From positions 109,306,001 to 109,370,000 of the forward strand of contig OX597818.1 in NCBI GenBank assembly GCA_951406725.2: a DNA stretch of 64,000 nt, read 5' to 3'. Below are positions 12,213 to 25,725 of this stretch, one piece after another; position 1 is the stretch's first letter, and each line of letters starts with the position of its first letter. This DNA comes from Octopus vulgaris (lineage: Eukaryota). Made by a program: the position numbers and the translations under genes. The notes beneath the pieces are model-generated. The model searched no databases, was not told where the DNA came from, and was given only the letters and a program-made list of their open reading frames with translations.

Positions 12213-14437
12213 GACACTAGAAGAGATATTGTCAAAACTAGAAGTTCTGTTGGCTAGAAGCAATTGGAAATGTTTTCATAGTTTGGAATCTATACAAACT
12301 TAATAGTGTGACTTGTAGAGGAAATGTTTTGTGTATTTGTGTGAGGGTGTGTTATTGATGTCATAATAAATTTATGTTGCAATAGATGTATGCCTTGCAT
12401 TGTTTATATAATGCTATTAAGAGGCTACATACTTGTATACCACGCATACTGATGTATATGCATACATTAGCCTTATGTTAGTAAGGTAGTGGTGATGGTG
12501 ATGATTGTGTGCGTGTATGGATGTGCATGTTTTATGCATGAATGTGTGTGCGCGAGTTAACACATTGATAATACTTAAAAATAAAGTTCATAATGAATGA
12601 AATTGATGTCTATAAAGAATGAATATGCTAAATGGCAGCTCTGAATCCCAACAGAATCAGTTCGGAAGCAACAACTGTTTATTTCACCAAGTAACTTGAC
12701 TTTAAGAAGTCAATACTAACAAAGTACTGGTAGTTCAAATGAAAAACAAGGGGAGGCGACACAACTACTAAATTGAAGATAATTTAATAATAGATGCAAA
12801 ATCAGCTTTTCGCAAACACTAATACGATTTAAGATATTTTCAAATTGACAGCATAATATCATTAGTAGAACATGGCATTGAAATAATCGACATTAGTAAC
12901 AAAGTTTGAGAAATACAAGCATTCTTTTAACTGAAAGTTAAAAGAAACCTCTTGAATGTACAATTTACAAATAGTAAACAAACCATTTAGAATTGAGGTT
13001 TCTTGTCATTTTTCTATAAAGTTATGATAATTAAACAAATTTCCATTAAAGACAATTGCACTTATTCGACACTCATTGGGAAATTTTTATTTTGCATATT
13101 ATACAACGACTGATGCAGAAATATAATCTCTCTTTAGTATTGTATGTGCAAGTGCAGTAATCTACACTTTAAGACCTGCAGTTTATCCATTAAAAACTCA
13201 TACAAAATAAAACAGGAATTTTAGTGCCATCAAAGCTGTTACAGCTAAAACACAAAAAGTGTTAAATATATATGTTACTTCATTGACTTATTACTTACAA
13301 ATAACCAAACTGAGGATAAACAAAGTTTGGAGATTAAAAGTTCAGCAGTTGAATGATTAAGTTGTTGGACGAACTCCTGAGCCATTGTTTCAAACTGAGA
13401 GATACCCCACTCCAAGACTAAATAAGTAGCATTAAACATCTTGTTGAAGAAACACATTAAATGTTTAAATAAGCAGGCTTCATTCAGCCCCACACATAAT
13501 GACAGGCTATTTTGTAGTTGTTTAATAATTCAATTTCTTTCTAAGTTAAAAAAATACTTGTAATTTGTAATGATTTTATGAAAAACATATCCAGGAATGA
13601 TTGAAGAACACCCACTCAAGAATCAGATTAACTTATATATTTCAACTGCAAGAGCTGACTTTCGTTAGAACTTAAAAGCATAAGTTAAACTGCTTAACAA
13701 TGAATTCATTATGGACAATCATAATAAACCATCTGCTTTAACATAATAATCAATTCCTAATTTCAACATCTGTTTACTGTTTCATGCTGTTATATTTTGG
13801 ATAGAAATAGAAAACATAAAGGCATTTGGCTCTATTTCACTTACACAATATTGTCCACTGAAAGACCTGAACTAATCATATATGTATTTTCCAACCATAT
13901 CCTTCACTTCTTCTGCCTCTGCAATATGGATTACAAATCCATCGTAGCAACATATTCAAAGACAATATGAAGAGAAAAACTGAAAATGAGATAATTGTTT
14001 CAAATAGTTGTTCTATTACTGTAGTTGCACTAAATATCATGAATTCAACCACGCACGGTAAAAAAATACCTGCAGTTATTTGAAAGCCTTTTCAGCTGTG
14101 AATTTACAATCAACATATAAACATTCTAACATTAACTTAAACAGGAAAATGACTTGGCATCTTCTTACAAGCATGTTTTGGAGGTTATTGTCTTCTCTTC
14201 AAAGAAAATACACCCTTTATTTTGTGTTAACCAGAGAATTAATTTAAATTTAAATTTATATTACTTTTGGTTAAGCTACTGCTACATGTATAGTGATTTA
14301 AATTAAATGTCGAGTAATATCATTTTTTAAAGACTCACTTAGAGAAAGAATGTTTGGACTTGGAGGAAATAATCAGAATATTTCTGTATCATCTGTACAC
14401 AGCAGTAATCAAAGTCACATCAAGATTTATCAGTCCT

Positions 14438-14669
14438 AAGGTGGCGAGCTGGCAGAAACGTTAGCACGCCGGACGAAATGCTCAGCGGTATTTTGTCTGC
14501 CGTTACGTTCTGAGTTCAAATTCCACCGAGGTCAACTTTGCCTTTCATCCTTTCGGGGTTGATAAATTAAGTACCAGTTACACACTGGGGTCAATGTAAT
14601 CAACTTAATCCCTTTGTCTGTCCGTGTTTGTCCCCTCTATGTTTAGCCCCTTGTGGGCAATAAAAAAAT
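14438..14669 (+). mobile_element. SINE family B with 16-bp TSD
   Basis: AAGATTTATCA(G/A)TCCT at 14422-14437 and 14670-14685. Confidence 0.92.
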
Positions 14670-16552
14670 AAGATTTATCAATCCTGAGCAGGAGTGGAAT
14701 GCTCACATAGTTGATCATTACATCAATGTTTTCATCACTAGATTGGGTCCTACAAAATCTTTGAACCTAGAAACAAAGATTGTTGAGTACTTTCAACATC
14801 TTTCTGGAAAAAATGATCACAAGGTACGCACATCAACGAGGCAATGTCACCTTCATTACACCAATGAAGGGGATGAAGACATTTCTCAGAATGCTTTCAT
14901 TTATTCCAGCTGTACACATTGCAACTTACACATTTTGGAATACAAATTCAGCTCAAAAACAAGGAATTGGTGCCCGGGAATGGATGTCTTGTAGGGTGAA
15001 AATATCTACATGTAATCAACTTTATTCTATTCAACTAACCTGGACAGGTAAAAGTGACATAACAAGTAAAAATCAACATGTAAAAACCATAAACACAATT
15101 TGCATCAATAATCGTTTATATTGTATCACTCAGTTTCATCCAAATTCATGCAATAGTTATATTCTTATGGTTTTGTAACCGGATTAACTACCCTTCTTCA
15201 AAATCTGCAGTTTCTAACATGACTAAGACATTTATATAAAGAACGCACAGCAGGGTCAGAGTTAAAGTGTTGATTACTATACTGAAACTAGTCAGATACT
15301 AATTATCTGTGCTGCTTTCATAGGATTGAGTTCTTACACTCATACTGTTGCATGAACTTCTTCAGTTGAATGGAAAGTATAAGTGAAAAAATAAACATAG
15401 TAACAGACACATAGAAAGAAAGATAAATAGCTGAACACGTAGACAGTAAAAAGAGAGGATGGGGTCCGATGAATTGTTAATACAGCAGGAAAAAAAAAAC
15501 TGATCCTTTGTCCATCAGAGATAATTTAGATATGCAAGTTCTAAGATGTCTTGGGAGGATGAATTGACTTATAAAGGAGCCAAGCAATAAAATCTACTGA
15601 CTAATTAGACTTTAATATTCATAACATCAGACAGATAATGGGAACAGGCAATTAAAAACAAACCACAATTATCCAATAACTGGCTAGAAAAAAAAAGTAT
15701 AAAAGTTTATTCTAAATCATTTTTCTAAACTTTAATACCCCCACACACACACACACACATATATTACAAACACACAGATTACACAGTCATTACAGATTTA
15801 CTTCACACACATTACCAAAATTCCTGACGCACAACACTATACAAATTAAAATCACACCACACTCATACATACACACCATGCACACATAATATTACACACA
15901 CTTCCACTAGTAACTTTATTCAAATACAGTTAGGTCCATAAACATAGCGTTACATTGGTAGATTTATCCAATTTAAAGTTTCGCAATTTCATATAGTTAT
16001 ATTTCATTTTGGTAATTCACTAAGACAATTTTTACAATGAAATCTCAAGCAAAGATGGAAAGATAGAACTATATTGTTGATTTGACACAGATAAGAGACT
16101 GAAATAGTTAAAATGTAAATTTAAGATGTTATTAAACAGAGAGTTTTAATCAAAACCATACATTGTTAGGACATAAATTCAGTGGACAGCTACTCAAAAT
16201 ATAAGCAGCAAACTTTACCAATATCAAGATGGGCCAATGAATTTGCCTCAACACAATGCTAGACATGCTAGAAATATCAACAAAATCTCCCTCGAATCAC
16301 TACCATCTTAGACAAAGAGAGGAAGCATTAGACAATGTAGACCTTGATATAAAAAAAAAATGGGGTGGTTACAGCCGCAATGTTTCTGATTGTAGGTCTG
16401 CTCAATCAGGTCTGACTGAGGCTAAACAACCACAATTATGATGTTATGAATGTTGAGAGCAGCGGTTCAAGTTACATGAATAAAATAAAATAATTTTTTG
16501 AATTACTTTAAAAATTCTAAATGTGAATGAATTACTAGGATTTATGGGATAT

Positions 16553-16800
16553 TCATCATCATCATCATTATTATTTAATGTTCGTTTTTCATGATGGTAT
16601 GGGTTGGATGGTTTGACAGGAGCTGGCAAGTCAAAGAGCTGCACTAGGCTCCAATCATCTGTTTGGCATGGTTTCTACAGCTGAATACTTATCCTAATAC
16701 CAAACACTTTACAGAGAGTACTGAGAGCTTTTAAGATGGCACCAGTACAGGTACTTTTTACAGGGTACCAACACAGGTGCTTTTTATGTTGCGCCAGCAT
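16553..16800 (-). mobile_element. Family C retro-repeat, diverged
   Basis: (ATC)n followed by the reverse complement of the family C body. Confidence 0.7.
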
Positions 16801-17321
16801 CACATGTACGCATAAATATCGGTTAGCTGGGGATGTGCTGGACATTTTCGCTTAACAACCCAACTCTAAACAACTGACTTATGACTGAAGATTTTTTAGT
16901 TGTAATCATTCAATTTTATGTTTTTCAGTTTTATATCAAAAACTATATTGTCCACTGTAACATTCTCTTTTTAAGATGGTGTGACTTGAGAAAGATTTGG
17001 ATACTATTTTAGACAGGTTGTACATCTCTAAAACTAACAGCAACAACTGTGATGACACCCAAATTGGAGGGCTTTCTGTTTGATAAACATCAATGGTGTA
17101 GAAAAAGGAAAGATGCCAACCTGGAAACTGCTGATCTTCCTCAAAAAATCTTGCTTTGGCCCATGCATAGACGTGCAGATGCATGACCCCTGTCAATCTG
17201 GATTGACAGAGACACCTTCTTCAAACAGCAATGCAAAATTGTTCTCACTCCTTCCAGAAACCAAAAGATCTGGTCTGCATGGAGAGCAGGATTTTGTAGT
17301 ATATGATTTGTTTCACTAAAC

Positions 17322-18240
17322 CAGGTGAGGGGAAACTTTTTAATGCAGCAGGCAAAAATTTAGAAAGAGAAAGGTCTGTAGGCAGATCACAAGTTCTAAC
17401 TCTTATATCTGTGTAGATTTTGTATGTATCTTTGTATAATTCGATATACATTAGGAGACCAGGACCTTTGGGGATATGCTGTGATTGAGAAGTCCCAACA
17501 GCTAAAGTGAGATCCCAGCCATGCATGTCCGGACCTGTTAAGAATACACTGGTGTGTCAGGTGGTATGATATGCTTGAGAAGTCCTGCTGAGTCAAGTAA
17601 AACCAATATGATAGCTGGGGCCAGTGCCCCTGACTGGCTCCTATGCTGGTGGCATGTAAAAAGCACCAACCAAATGCGGCTGTCTGACTGGCTCCTGTGC
17701 TAGTAGCAGGTAAAAAGCACCCACTACACTCTCAGAGTGGTTGGCGTTAAGAAAGGCATCCAGCTGTAGAAACACTGCCAGATCAAGATTGGAGCCTGGT
17801 GCAGCTGCTGGCTCTGCAGACCTCAGTCAAACCATCCAACCCATGCCAGCATGGAAAACAGACATTAAATGATGATGATGATGTAACATCTTCATTGATG
17901 CCACCACTGAATTTAGGACATTTATACAACTTATGAGGTTTCTATATTTTTTCAGCGAGAGTGTATTTGGGTTTCAAGGGGGTGGTACAAACTTAGCAAT
18001 ATGTGTTTTATAGTGAAAACAAAATTTCCACTCAAATGGCAATTACAGGATGATTTTTCTGTTCAAGTACGACTGTTTTAAGTCATTGTGGAAATGCAAC
18101 CTACGTAGCAAATAGGCATACAAGTATTGTATGAATTTTATAATTGAAAAATTTACTATATTTTGTATATCAGCCTGCAGGCAAAATAAAATGGGCTTGC
18201 AGGCGCAATTGTGCCCATGGGCAGGGGTCTCCCAACCCTG
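17322..18240. mobile_element. Non-autonomous hAT-like DNA element with a nested family C insertion (~17456-17883)
   Basis: Termini CAGGTGAGGGGAAAC ... GGTCTCCCAACCCTG. 8-bp flanks CACTAAAC (17314-17321) and TACTAAAC (18241-18248); 8-bp TSDs and CAGG ends are characteristic of hAT. Confidence 0.6.
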
Positions 18241-20071
18241 TACTAAACCAATAGTAAAAAATACACTCTCTCTCATATGCATTTTTAGTGTTTTGGTAAG
18301 TAACTGTTTGTATGGCATTGGCAAAAAATACTGACTTAGGACTGGATTGAATTCAGATTAAATGCACATGAGGCATATCATCATAAAGTATATCTCACTT
18401 TTAACTGTTATACTTTATTTACCATTTGTTGTCTCAAACCATTTTCCTAATTCAATTCACTAAATATTACCCATTTAGGTTTTCAAGACAAAGCCAGAAC
18501 ACAAGTAAATAACAAGTACGAAGAGCAGGAGATACTTTGGCAGAGCCATTCTGGTGCCGCTTATTTGGCATATGTTTTGTCTTCAGGACCTTTCAGCATG
18601 GTAGAAATTTGGTTTTTGTTCTCGCTGGCAACTAAGCTGTAATCACATCTACTAGTCTACTAAACTTTATTTAGCTTAGTGTTTCAATTTATGTATATGA
18701 TGGTTGGTGAAATATTAATAGCACATGGAGAAGAAAAATTTTCTTACAATGGATTTCTATATATCTTTGACAAAGTAAGCAGAACCGACAGTCAATTTAA
18801 ATTTTGGCACCTTGAGCAGAAAAATAGAGAGGGGACATGTTAATAGCAATTGAGGTCATTAAATACATTTAATCAATCGCTCTCTCTCTCTCTCTCCCTC
18901 CTTTCCCCTCTCTCCTATCTCATTCTATTTCCCTCCAACATTTGTCTTTCTTTGAGTATGTGTGTGCGCGCACACACACACACACACACACACGTACATG
19001 TGTTTGCTTCTAGGGCCAAAATGCACTCTCACCAAAACAAGTTCAATGTCCAATCAGCCATGCCAAAATGCCAGTATCCAAACAGCCACATGCAAATGTC
19101 CCATCCCAAACTACAAAATACTGTCGGATCTTGAACTTAAGAGATTCCAGACCTACTATTCATATCCCAAGGAGCCACTGTTCCTCTCCGAGCTGTGTAT
19201 CTATACATGCTTTAAAACCATTACACCAAAGAATAGTCGAGTTGCCTAGAATAATTTAGTAATTCTTAATCATACATTCTGCGGGTACATACTTTCGCCA
19301 GAGAAAAAAAAAATTGCACAAGATTTTTTTAACACAAATCTAAAAATTGAAGAAATCAGTGAATCTGTATACATTTAGAATGGGGAAAAAATCTACTGTT
19401 ATTAATCAGGAAAAGAATGAGAAGTTGAAAGGTCATGTGGTTGTCATTTACAGATGGTGGCTACTTAAAGATATTCCAGTGTTTAAGACAGGAAATTGTT
19501 GAATATATTAATCTTGTTTTATCTATACAATATACATTGTAAAGTTTTCAACATTTATCAAAGACATTACAAAATATTATATTTTTAGTCATGAAGAAAA
19601 CCAAATATTTGGTGAGCAGCTCTACAAGTTACTTTATCAACAGTGTTGCAAGAACATTACTAAGTGCCACTATTCAACAAACAAAAACTATGGTACCATA
19701 GAAATGTATAAATAAATAAGAGAAAGAAATCTGTCTTCTGTCAACATGAGAGCATTTCTTAAATAAATAATTCAATAAATGGAAGAAAATAGATAGATAT
19801 ATCACATAAAAACATTTTCTACAGAAAAAAAATATATTGTGTTTCAAAAGCTGGTTGTTTTGTAATATAATTTGCCATCTACGTAATTTATTTTCTGTAT
19901 TTCTCTTTCGAAACATTTTGAGTACAAGAGAGAATGACCAATAATAGTTCACTCAATCATCATGTTGTCCTGCCTGCTCTAACACGTTCAAATGAGGAGC
20001 CCCAAACTAATGAAACATCAATTTTATCATCCCATAATGCTTCTACTATTCATACACATATTGATTATATG

Positions 20072-20218
20072 CACTATCATAGCCAGGAGGGGTGGTAGGA
20101 GCAGTCTGCCCTGGGAGGCACTTTTGGGTCTGATGTAGGCAATGTGTTTTTTGTGGGGTCTGGGTGCAGTAAACGGAAGGGCTGCTTCGGGGAAGCACAC
20201 ACTTTAGCTATGCTAGTG
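20072..20218. mobile_element. Small GC-rich MITE-like element
   Basis: TIRs CACTATCATAGCCA / TAGCTATGCTAGTG (12 of 14 complementary); flanks ATTATATG and ATTATATA. Confidence 0.55.
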
Positions 20219-20228
20219 ATTATATATA

Positions 20229-20606
20229 GGCGCAGGAGTGGCTGTGTGGTAAGTAGCTTGCTTATAAACCACATGGTTCTAGGTTCAGTCCCTCTACGTG
20301 GCACCTTGGGCAAGTGTCTTCTGCTATAGCCTTGGGCCGACCAAAGCCTTGTGAGTGGATTTGGTAGACAGAAACTGAAAGAAGCCCATCATATGTGTGT
20401 GTGTGTGTGTGTGTGTGCACGCGTGTGTGTGTGTGCACGCGTGTGTGTCTGTGTTTGTCCCCCCAACATCGCTTGACAATCAATGCTGGTGTGTTTACAT
20501 CCCCATAACTTAGCGGTTTGGAAATAGACACCAATAGAATAAGTACTAGGCTTACAAAGAATAAGTCCTGGGGTCGATTTGATCGACTAAAGGCTGTGCT
20601 CCAGCA
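20229..20606 (+). mobile_element. SINE family A
   Basis: GGCGCAGGAGTGGCTGTGTGGTAAG...GGTTCAGTCCC...ACCTTGGGCAAGTGTCTT...(TG)n...GGGGTCGATTTG. Confidence 0.9.
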
Positions 20607-20619
20607 GTGGAAGACATGG

Positions 20620-21312
20620 GATGAAGTGGTGAAACATGACCTTCGAACATAGGGCTTCACAAAGGCAATGACTACTAACCAAGATTTCTGGAAATATGCT
20701 GTGCTTGAGAAGACCCATCAGCCAAGTGAAATCATAGTCGTGGCTGATGCCGGTGTCACATAACTGGCACCCATGCCTGTGGCACATAAAAAGCATCTTT
20801 CGAGCATTGGGCCTCACGGAGGCAATGACAAATGACTGAGACCTTTAGCAATATGCCATGCTTGAAAGGTAGCGAGCCGGCAGAATCGTTAGCATGACAG
20901 GCAAAATGCTTAGTGGTATTTCGTCTGTCTTTATGTCCTGAGTTCAAATTCTACCAAGGTCGATTTTGCCTGTCATCCTTTCAGGGTCGATAAATTAAGT
21001 ACCAGTTGCGTACTGGGGTCAATCTAATTGACTGGCCCTCTCCCCCAAAAATTTCAGTAGAAAAGAAAAGAATATGCCATGCTTGAGTTGAAGACCTATC
21101 AAACCAAGTGAAATTGTAGTCATGCCAGATACTGTGCAAGTGACACATAAAAGCACCTATTATACTCTTGGAGTGGTTGGCATTAGGAAGGGCATCCAGC
21201 TGTAGAAACCATGCTAAATCAGACTGGAATCTGGTGCAGCCCCTCAGCTTCCCAGCCCTAGTCAAACCAACCAACCCATACCAGCATGGAAAACGGACAT
21301 TAAATAATGATC
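20620..21312 (+). mobile_element. Family C element interrupted by a family B SINE (20867-21070)
   Basis: The SINE is flanked by a perfect 16-bp AATATGCCATGCTTGA at 20850-20865 and 21071-21086; the family C body resumes afterwards. Confidence 0.85.
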
Positions 21313-21416
21313 ATTAGAATTAAAGAAGCATCATATTGTTCTTTGCTCAAGTTTCACCAGAATCAAAGTTGTAATTGTCCAATGAGTAACTTGATCTGGG
21401 ATTGTACATTGAAACT

Positions 21417-21624
21417 GAAGCATTTACAACACAGAAGAGCCATTTTAGCCATTTGCTGAACACAAAAACTTGAAATTCGTTTTTCGTTCATCTGTTGATG
21501 GGTTAAAACTGTGATATGGTCACAGTTCCAGTCCATATAAAAAATTTAAAAAATGAACAGTAAGTTTGACAGTTTGGTGTGTTTTTAAATGGCTAAAATG
21601 TTTCTTCCATGATATAACTGCTTC
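21417..21624. repeat. Imperfect ~60-bp inverted repeat (old MITE/foldback)
   Basis: GAAGCATTTACAACACAGAAGAGCCATTTTAGCCATTT versus AAATGGCTAAAATGTTTCTTCCATGATATAACTGCTTC. Confidence 0.55.
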
Positions 21625-22047
21625 TTATTTTTCACCTTAAATTACTTTCAAATTTTGGCACAAGGCCTGCAATTTCAAGGAAGGGAGTTAAGTCAATCAC
21701 ATTGACCCCCCAGTACTCAACAGATACTTATTGTATCGAACCCAACAAGATGAAAAGAAAGTCGAAAGCAAAGTCAACAACGATAGCATTTGAACTCAGA
21801 ATGTAAAGTGCCCTAAGAAATGTCATTAAACGTTTTGCTCAGTGTGCTAAGAGTTGTACTAGCTTGCTGCCTTTTTCTTCTTCAATTACTGATATTTTCT
21901 CATGAGAATGACTTTTTGGAAACGATGAATACCAAGACATAATATAAGCATTCAGTGAATCAAGCCTGATATTTAGATTGAAACACAAGTTGGTGGAAAA
22001 AAAATTTACCTCTTTCATTGCTACATTTCTGATGAGTATCTTCTATC

Positions 22048-22402
22048 TTTTACTTGTGTCAGTCAGATTATGGCCATCCTGGGGCACTGCCTTAAAGTAT
22101 TTTTTGTCAGATGAATTGACCCCAGTACTAGTTGTTTTTAAAGCCTGCTACTTATTCTATTGGTCTCTTTTGCTGAACTGCTAAGGTATGGGGATGTAAA
22201 TGCACCAACACCAGTTGCCAAGCAGTGGTGGATCACACACACACACACATATACACAACCAGCTTCTCTCAGTTTCTACCTACAAATTTCACTCACAAGT
22301 CTTTGGTCAGCCTAAGAAGACACTTGCCCAAGGTATCACACAGTGGGACCAAACCCAGAACCATGTGGTTGGGAAACAAGCTTCCTACCACACTGCCATG
22401 CC
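22048..22402 (-). mobile_element. SINE family A, diverged
   Basis: Reverse complement of family A head, core and tail. Confidence 0.8.
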
Positions 22403-22455
22403 TCTGCTTGAGTAGATAAGGCCTCTAACTCATTTTCAATACAACCAAGATTGTC

Positions 22456-22682
22456 TAACCCTTTAACATTCAAACCAGCCACATCTGGCCCAAATATTCT
22501 GCCGGTTTTATGTTGAAACCTGTAAGATCAAGCCTCTCACACTTACCCTACAATGTCATTCTAAAAGTAAACAGCCACATCATTGAAATCCCAAAGCTAT
22601 GAGATAATCCATGATCACTTGAAACCAATGTGAATGAATAAGCATTACATTTGTCAGAATAAGCTGAATGTGAAAGGATTAA
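22456..22682. mobile_element. piggyBac-like MITE
   Basis: TAACCCTTTAACATT ... AATGTGAAAGGATTAA. A homologous inverted copy lies at 63527-63747. TTAA-CCC ends are typical of piggyBac. Confidence 0.65.
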
Positions 22683-24292
22683 GGAGTTTTGCTAAGATAC
22701 CTACAAACTTTATATAATGATTAATTCAACTCAATCAGCACTGATAATTAGTCAAAGACATCTCAGACACAACAATACCATCACTTCTTTTCCTGATATA
22801 TTATTTATACAACAGCATTATTCTAAAGTGATTTTTCCTTCCAGCACAGACAGAAAGAATATTTGACCATTATTTCTAGTAGGTGAAACAGTCATGTAAA
22901 GCTACTCGTGTTGCTTTTATTATATATTGGTAAAATATTCTAGCATTGACCAACATGAAATCTCACATTGTTCATGTCATGAGATTATGATCCAGATTTT
23001 AATTTAAATATGAACGTGTTCAATCTTGAACAAGTTGCTATTAATATAATTAAACATTAAAATTTGTTTTTATCTCTCCTATAATACTAAAAATCAACAT
23101 TATTAATAGTATCATTATTGTGATTAACGATTTCATCCTTTTGAGTATGATAACATGAGCACAGAAGCTAATTTAATGAGTCATTCCCCTCCCCTAGAAA
23201 TTTAAAGCCCTGCGTCAATCTAAGAAATTATTATAGAATTTCATTATATTACTTTATTGCTGTGTAGCTTGCAGTGGTGTAGAGAGGAAGACAAGCTTAA
23301 AAAGTCAATTAAACATAAATTATACATAATAACTGAAGTGTACTAGGGACAAAAGCAAGAGTATTGGAAGGAATACTAATCTGTCCCCTCGTTATAACTG
23401 AGGCTGAATGCCTCAAAAGTTACAACTACCACAGCCACTGCCATCACCACAATCACCTCTTCCTGCACCATTAGTATCACATTTTCAACAGATTCAGTTG
23501 GGTTTCTTATGCACCTCATTAACATTATTAGCATTAGAGGAGGTGATAAGCTGGCAGAATCGTTAGCATGCCAGACGAAAGGTGCAGTGGAATTTCATCC
23601 ATCTTTTTGTTCCGAGTTCAAATCCCACAGAGGTCAACATTGCCTTTCAGGGTTCACGAAATAGGTACCAGTTGAGCACTGGGGTCGGTGTAGTTGACAG
23701 AGCTCCTGTTACCGCAAAATTGCTCGCCTTGTACAAAAGTCTGAAATCATTATAATCATTTTTATTATTATTATTAATATTGATATTATTAATCATTACT
23801 ATTACTATTATTAGAAAATATCATCATCATCATCATTGTTGTTGTTGTTTTGGTGGTACAAGAAGCTTTCAATATGACAAAAGAGATGAAGCAAACATGC
23901 CACCACCACCACCACCACCCACCTATATTCCTGTGAAATCGATAACTTTAACTGCTGTCATCAAAGTTGATATGGTGAAAGGTAGGTCAAAAGTTGCTGA
24001 AATGAGTACAAACAAGTGTGTAGTGTGTACAAGAAATGCAAAATAGCCCTAGCCAAACTCCTCACAAAAAAAAGGTTAAAATTCTTTCAACCTTCTTCCC
24101 ACACACTCTGCTGAGGTTCATTGCACTTGTGTGGTATATATCCCTTTTCACTGAGTTGGTATTCAATGCCTGATCCTAGGCAGCAATGATTAGGCTTTCA
24201 GTCTTCTTTTTAAGGTTACATTTACTGAACCACCTCCATGATGTTTCTTGGTCTTTTAAGCTGTTAGTTTCATGTTGGAACTGACCATGTAA

Positions 24293-24818
24293 GCTTATAA
24301 CGATGAGGCAATGGGTCATACACAATGTTTCAAGTGGCAGAGGCAATGCAAAAGTAGAAGAACGTCCCTGGAGGTGATGAGTGATCTGGAAGACCTACCA
24401 CGAGCGTCACAGCCAGAAATGTGGAGAAAATCCCTCAGCTTGTGCATGAGTATCGTTAGAGGACAATCACCAACACTGCTGATGTTGTTGGTGTGTTGTA
24501 TGGGTCCAATAACAATTAAAGTCTTCACAACAACAATGCACCCGTCACCAAGCTCTCCTCACTCATGAGTTTCACACCAAAGACAACATAGTATCGCTTC
24601 TACACCCACCCTATTCACCAGATTTAGCATCTGCAGACTTCCCTCTCTTCCCCAAGATGAAAATGCAGCTCAAAGGTCACCATTTTAACACTGTTGGTGC
24701 AATCAAGAGAAAATCGTAGAAGGTCCTTGACTCACTTGAGGAAAATGACTTCTAAGCCAGATTCCAAAATTGGCAGGAATGCTGGGACCGGTACATTGCT
24801 ACGCAAGGTGACTATTTC
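24293..24818 (+). mobile_element. mariner transposase remnant with internal deletion
   Basis: AYNDEAMGHTQCFKW...RTSLE...SGRPTTS..RNVEKI.QLVHE, then HNNNAP...LHPPYSPDLASADFPLFPKMKMQLKGHHF...WQECWDRYIATQGDYF; YSPDL is the mariner signature. Contains stops and frameshifts. Confidence 0.9.
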
Positions 24819-25057
24819 TGAGATTGTGGGTTCAATTCCCAGACCAGGCATTGCATTGTGCTCTTGAGCAAAGCACTTCATTTAACGTTGCTCTGCGATC
24901 ATTTCAACATCTGACATTTCTAACCTTCATATGTCATCTAAAGACAGGAGGGTCCATCATCATATTTATATACTTCCTTTTTTTTTGTCATCTCATTATT
25001 TGTAGATAAATTCCCCTTATTCTTTGACCTGATGGAAAACAAAAAAAAATTCCAAGT

Positions 25058-25360
25058 TGTTGCTGTTGCTGCTGCTGCTGTTGCTGCTGCTGTTGCTGTT
25101 GTTATTATTATTATTATTATTATTATTAAGAAGGTAGCGAACTGACAAAACCGATAGCATACCAGACAAAATGCTTAGCAGCATTTCATTCATCTTTACG
25201 TTCTGAGTTCAAATTCCACCAAGGCCAACTTGGATTTTCATTCTTTCAGGATCGATAAAATAAGTACCAGTTGAGTATTGGGGTTGATGAAATCAACTTA
25301 ACCCCCACCACAAACAAACACACACGCACAAATTGCTGGTATTGTGCCAAAGTTTGAAAC

Positions 25361-25396
<36 letters not shown>

Positions 25397-25661
25397 GGCC
25401 GCAAGCTGTCAGAATGGTTAGCACACCAGACAAATTGCTTAGAAGTATTTCCTCTGTCCTTACATTCCAAGTTCAGATTCTGCCTCTCATCTTTTGCATT
25501 TCATCCTTTTGGGATCGATTAAAATATGTCTGAGCTGAGCACTGGGGTTGATGTAATCAACTTACCTGCTTCCCTCAAAATTACTGGCCATGTGTCAAAA
25601 TTTGAAACAGCTGTTGTTGTTGTTGCTATCATTGTTAGCATCATCATCATCATCATTGTTG

Positions 25662-25692
<31 letters not shown>

Positions 25693-25725
25693 CATCATCA
25701 TCATCATCGTCGTTATTATTATTCC
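25058..25725 (+). repeat. Two diverged family B SINEs embedded in (GCT)n/(ATT)n/(ATC)n tracts
   Basis: GAGTTCAAATTCC and GATAAAATAAGTACCAG motifs alternate with trinucleotide runs. Confidence 0.75.
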
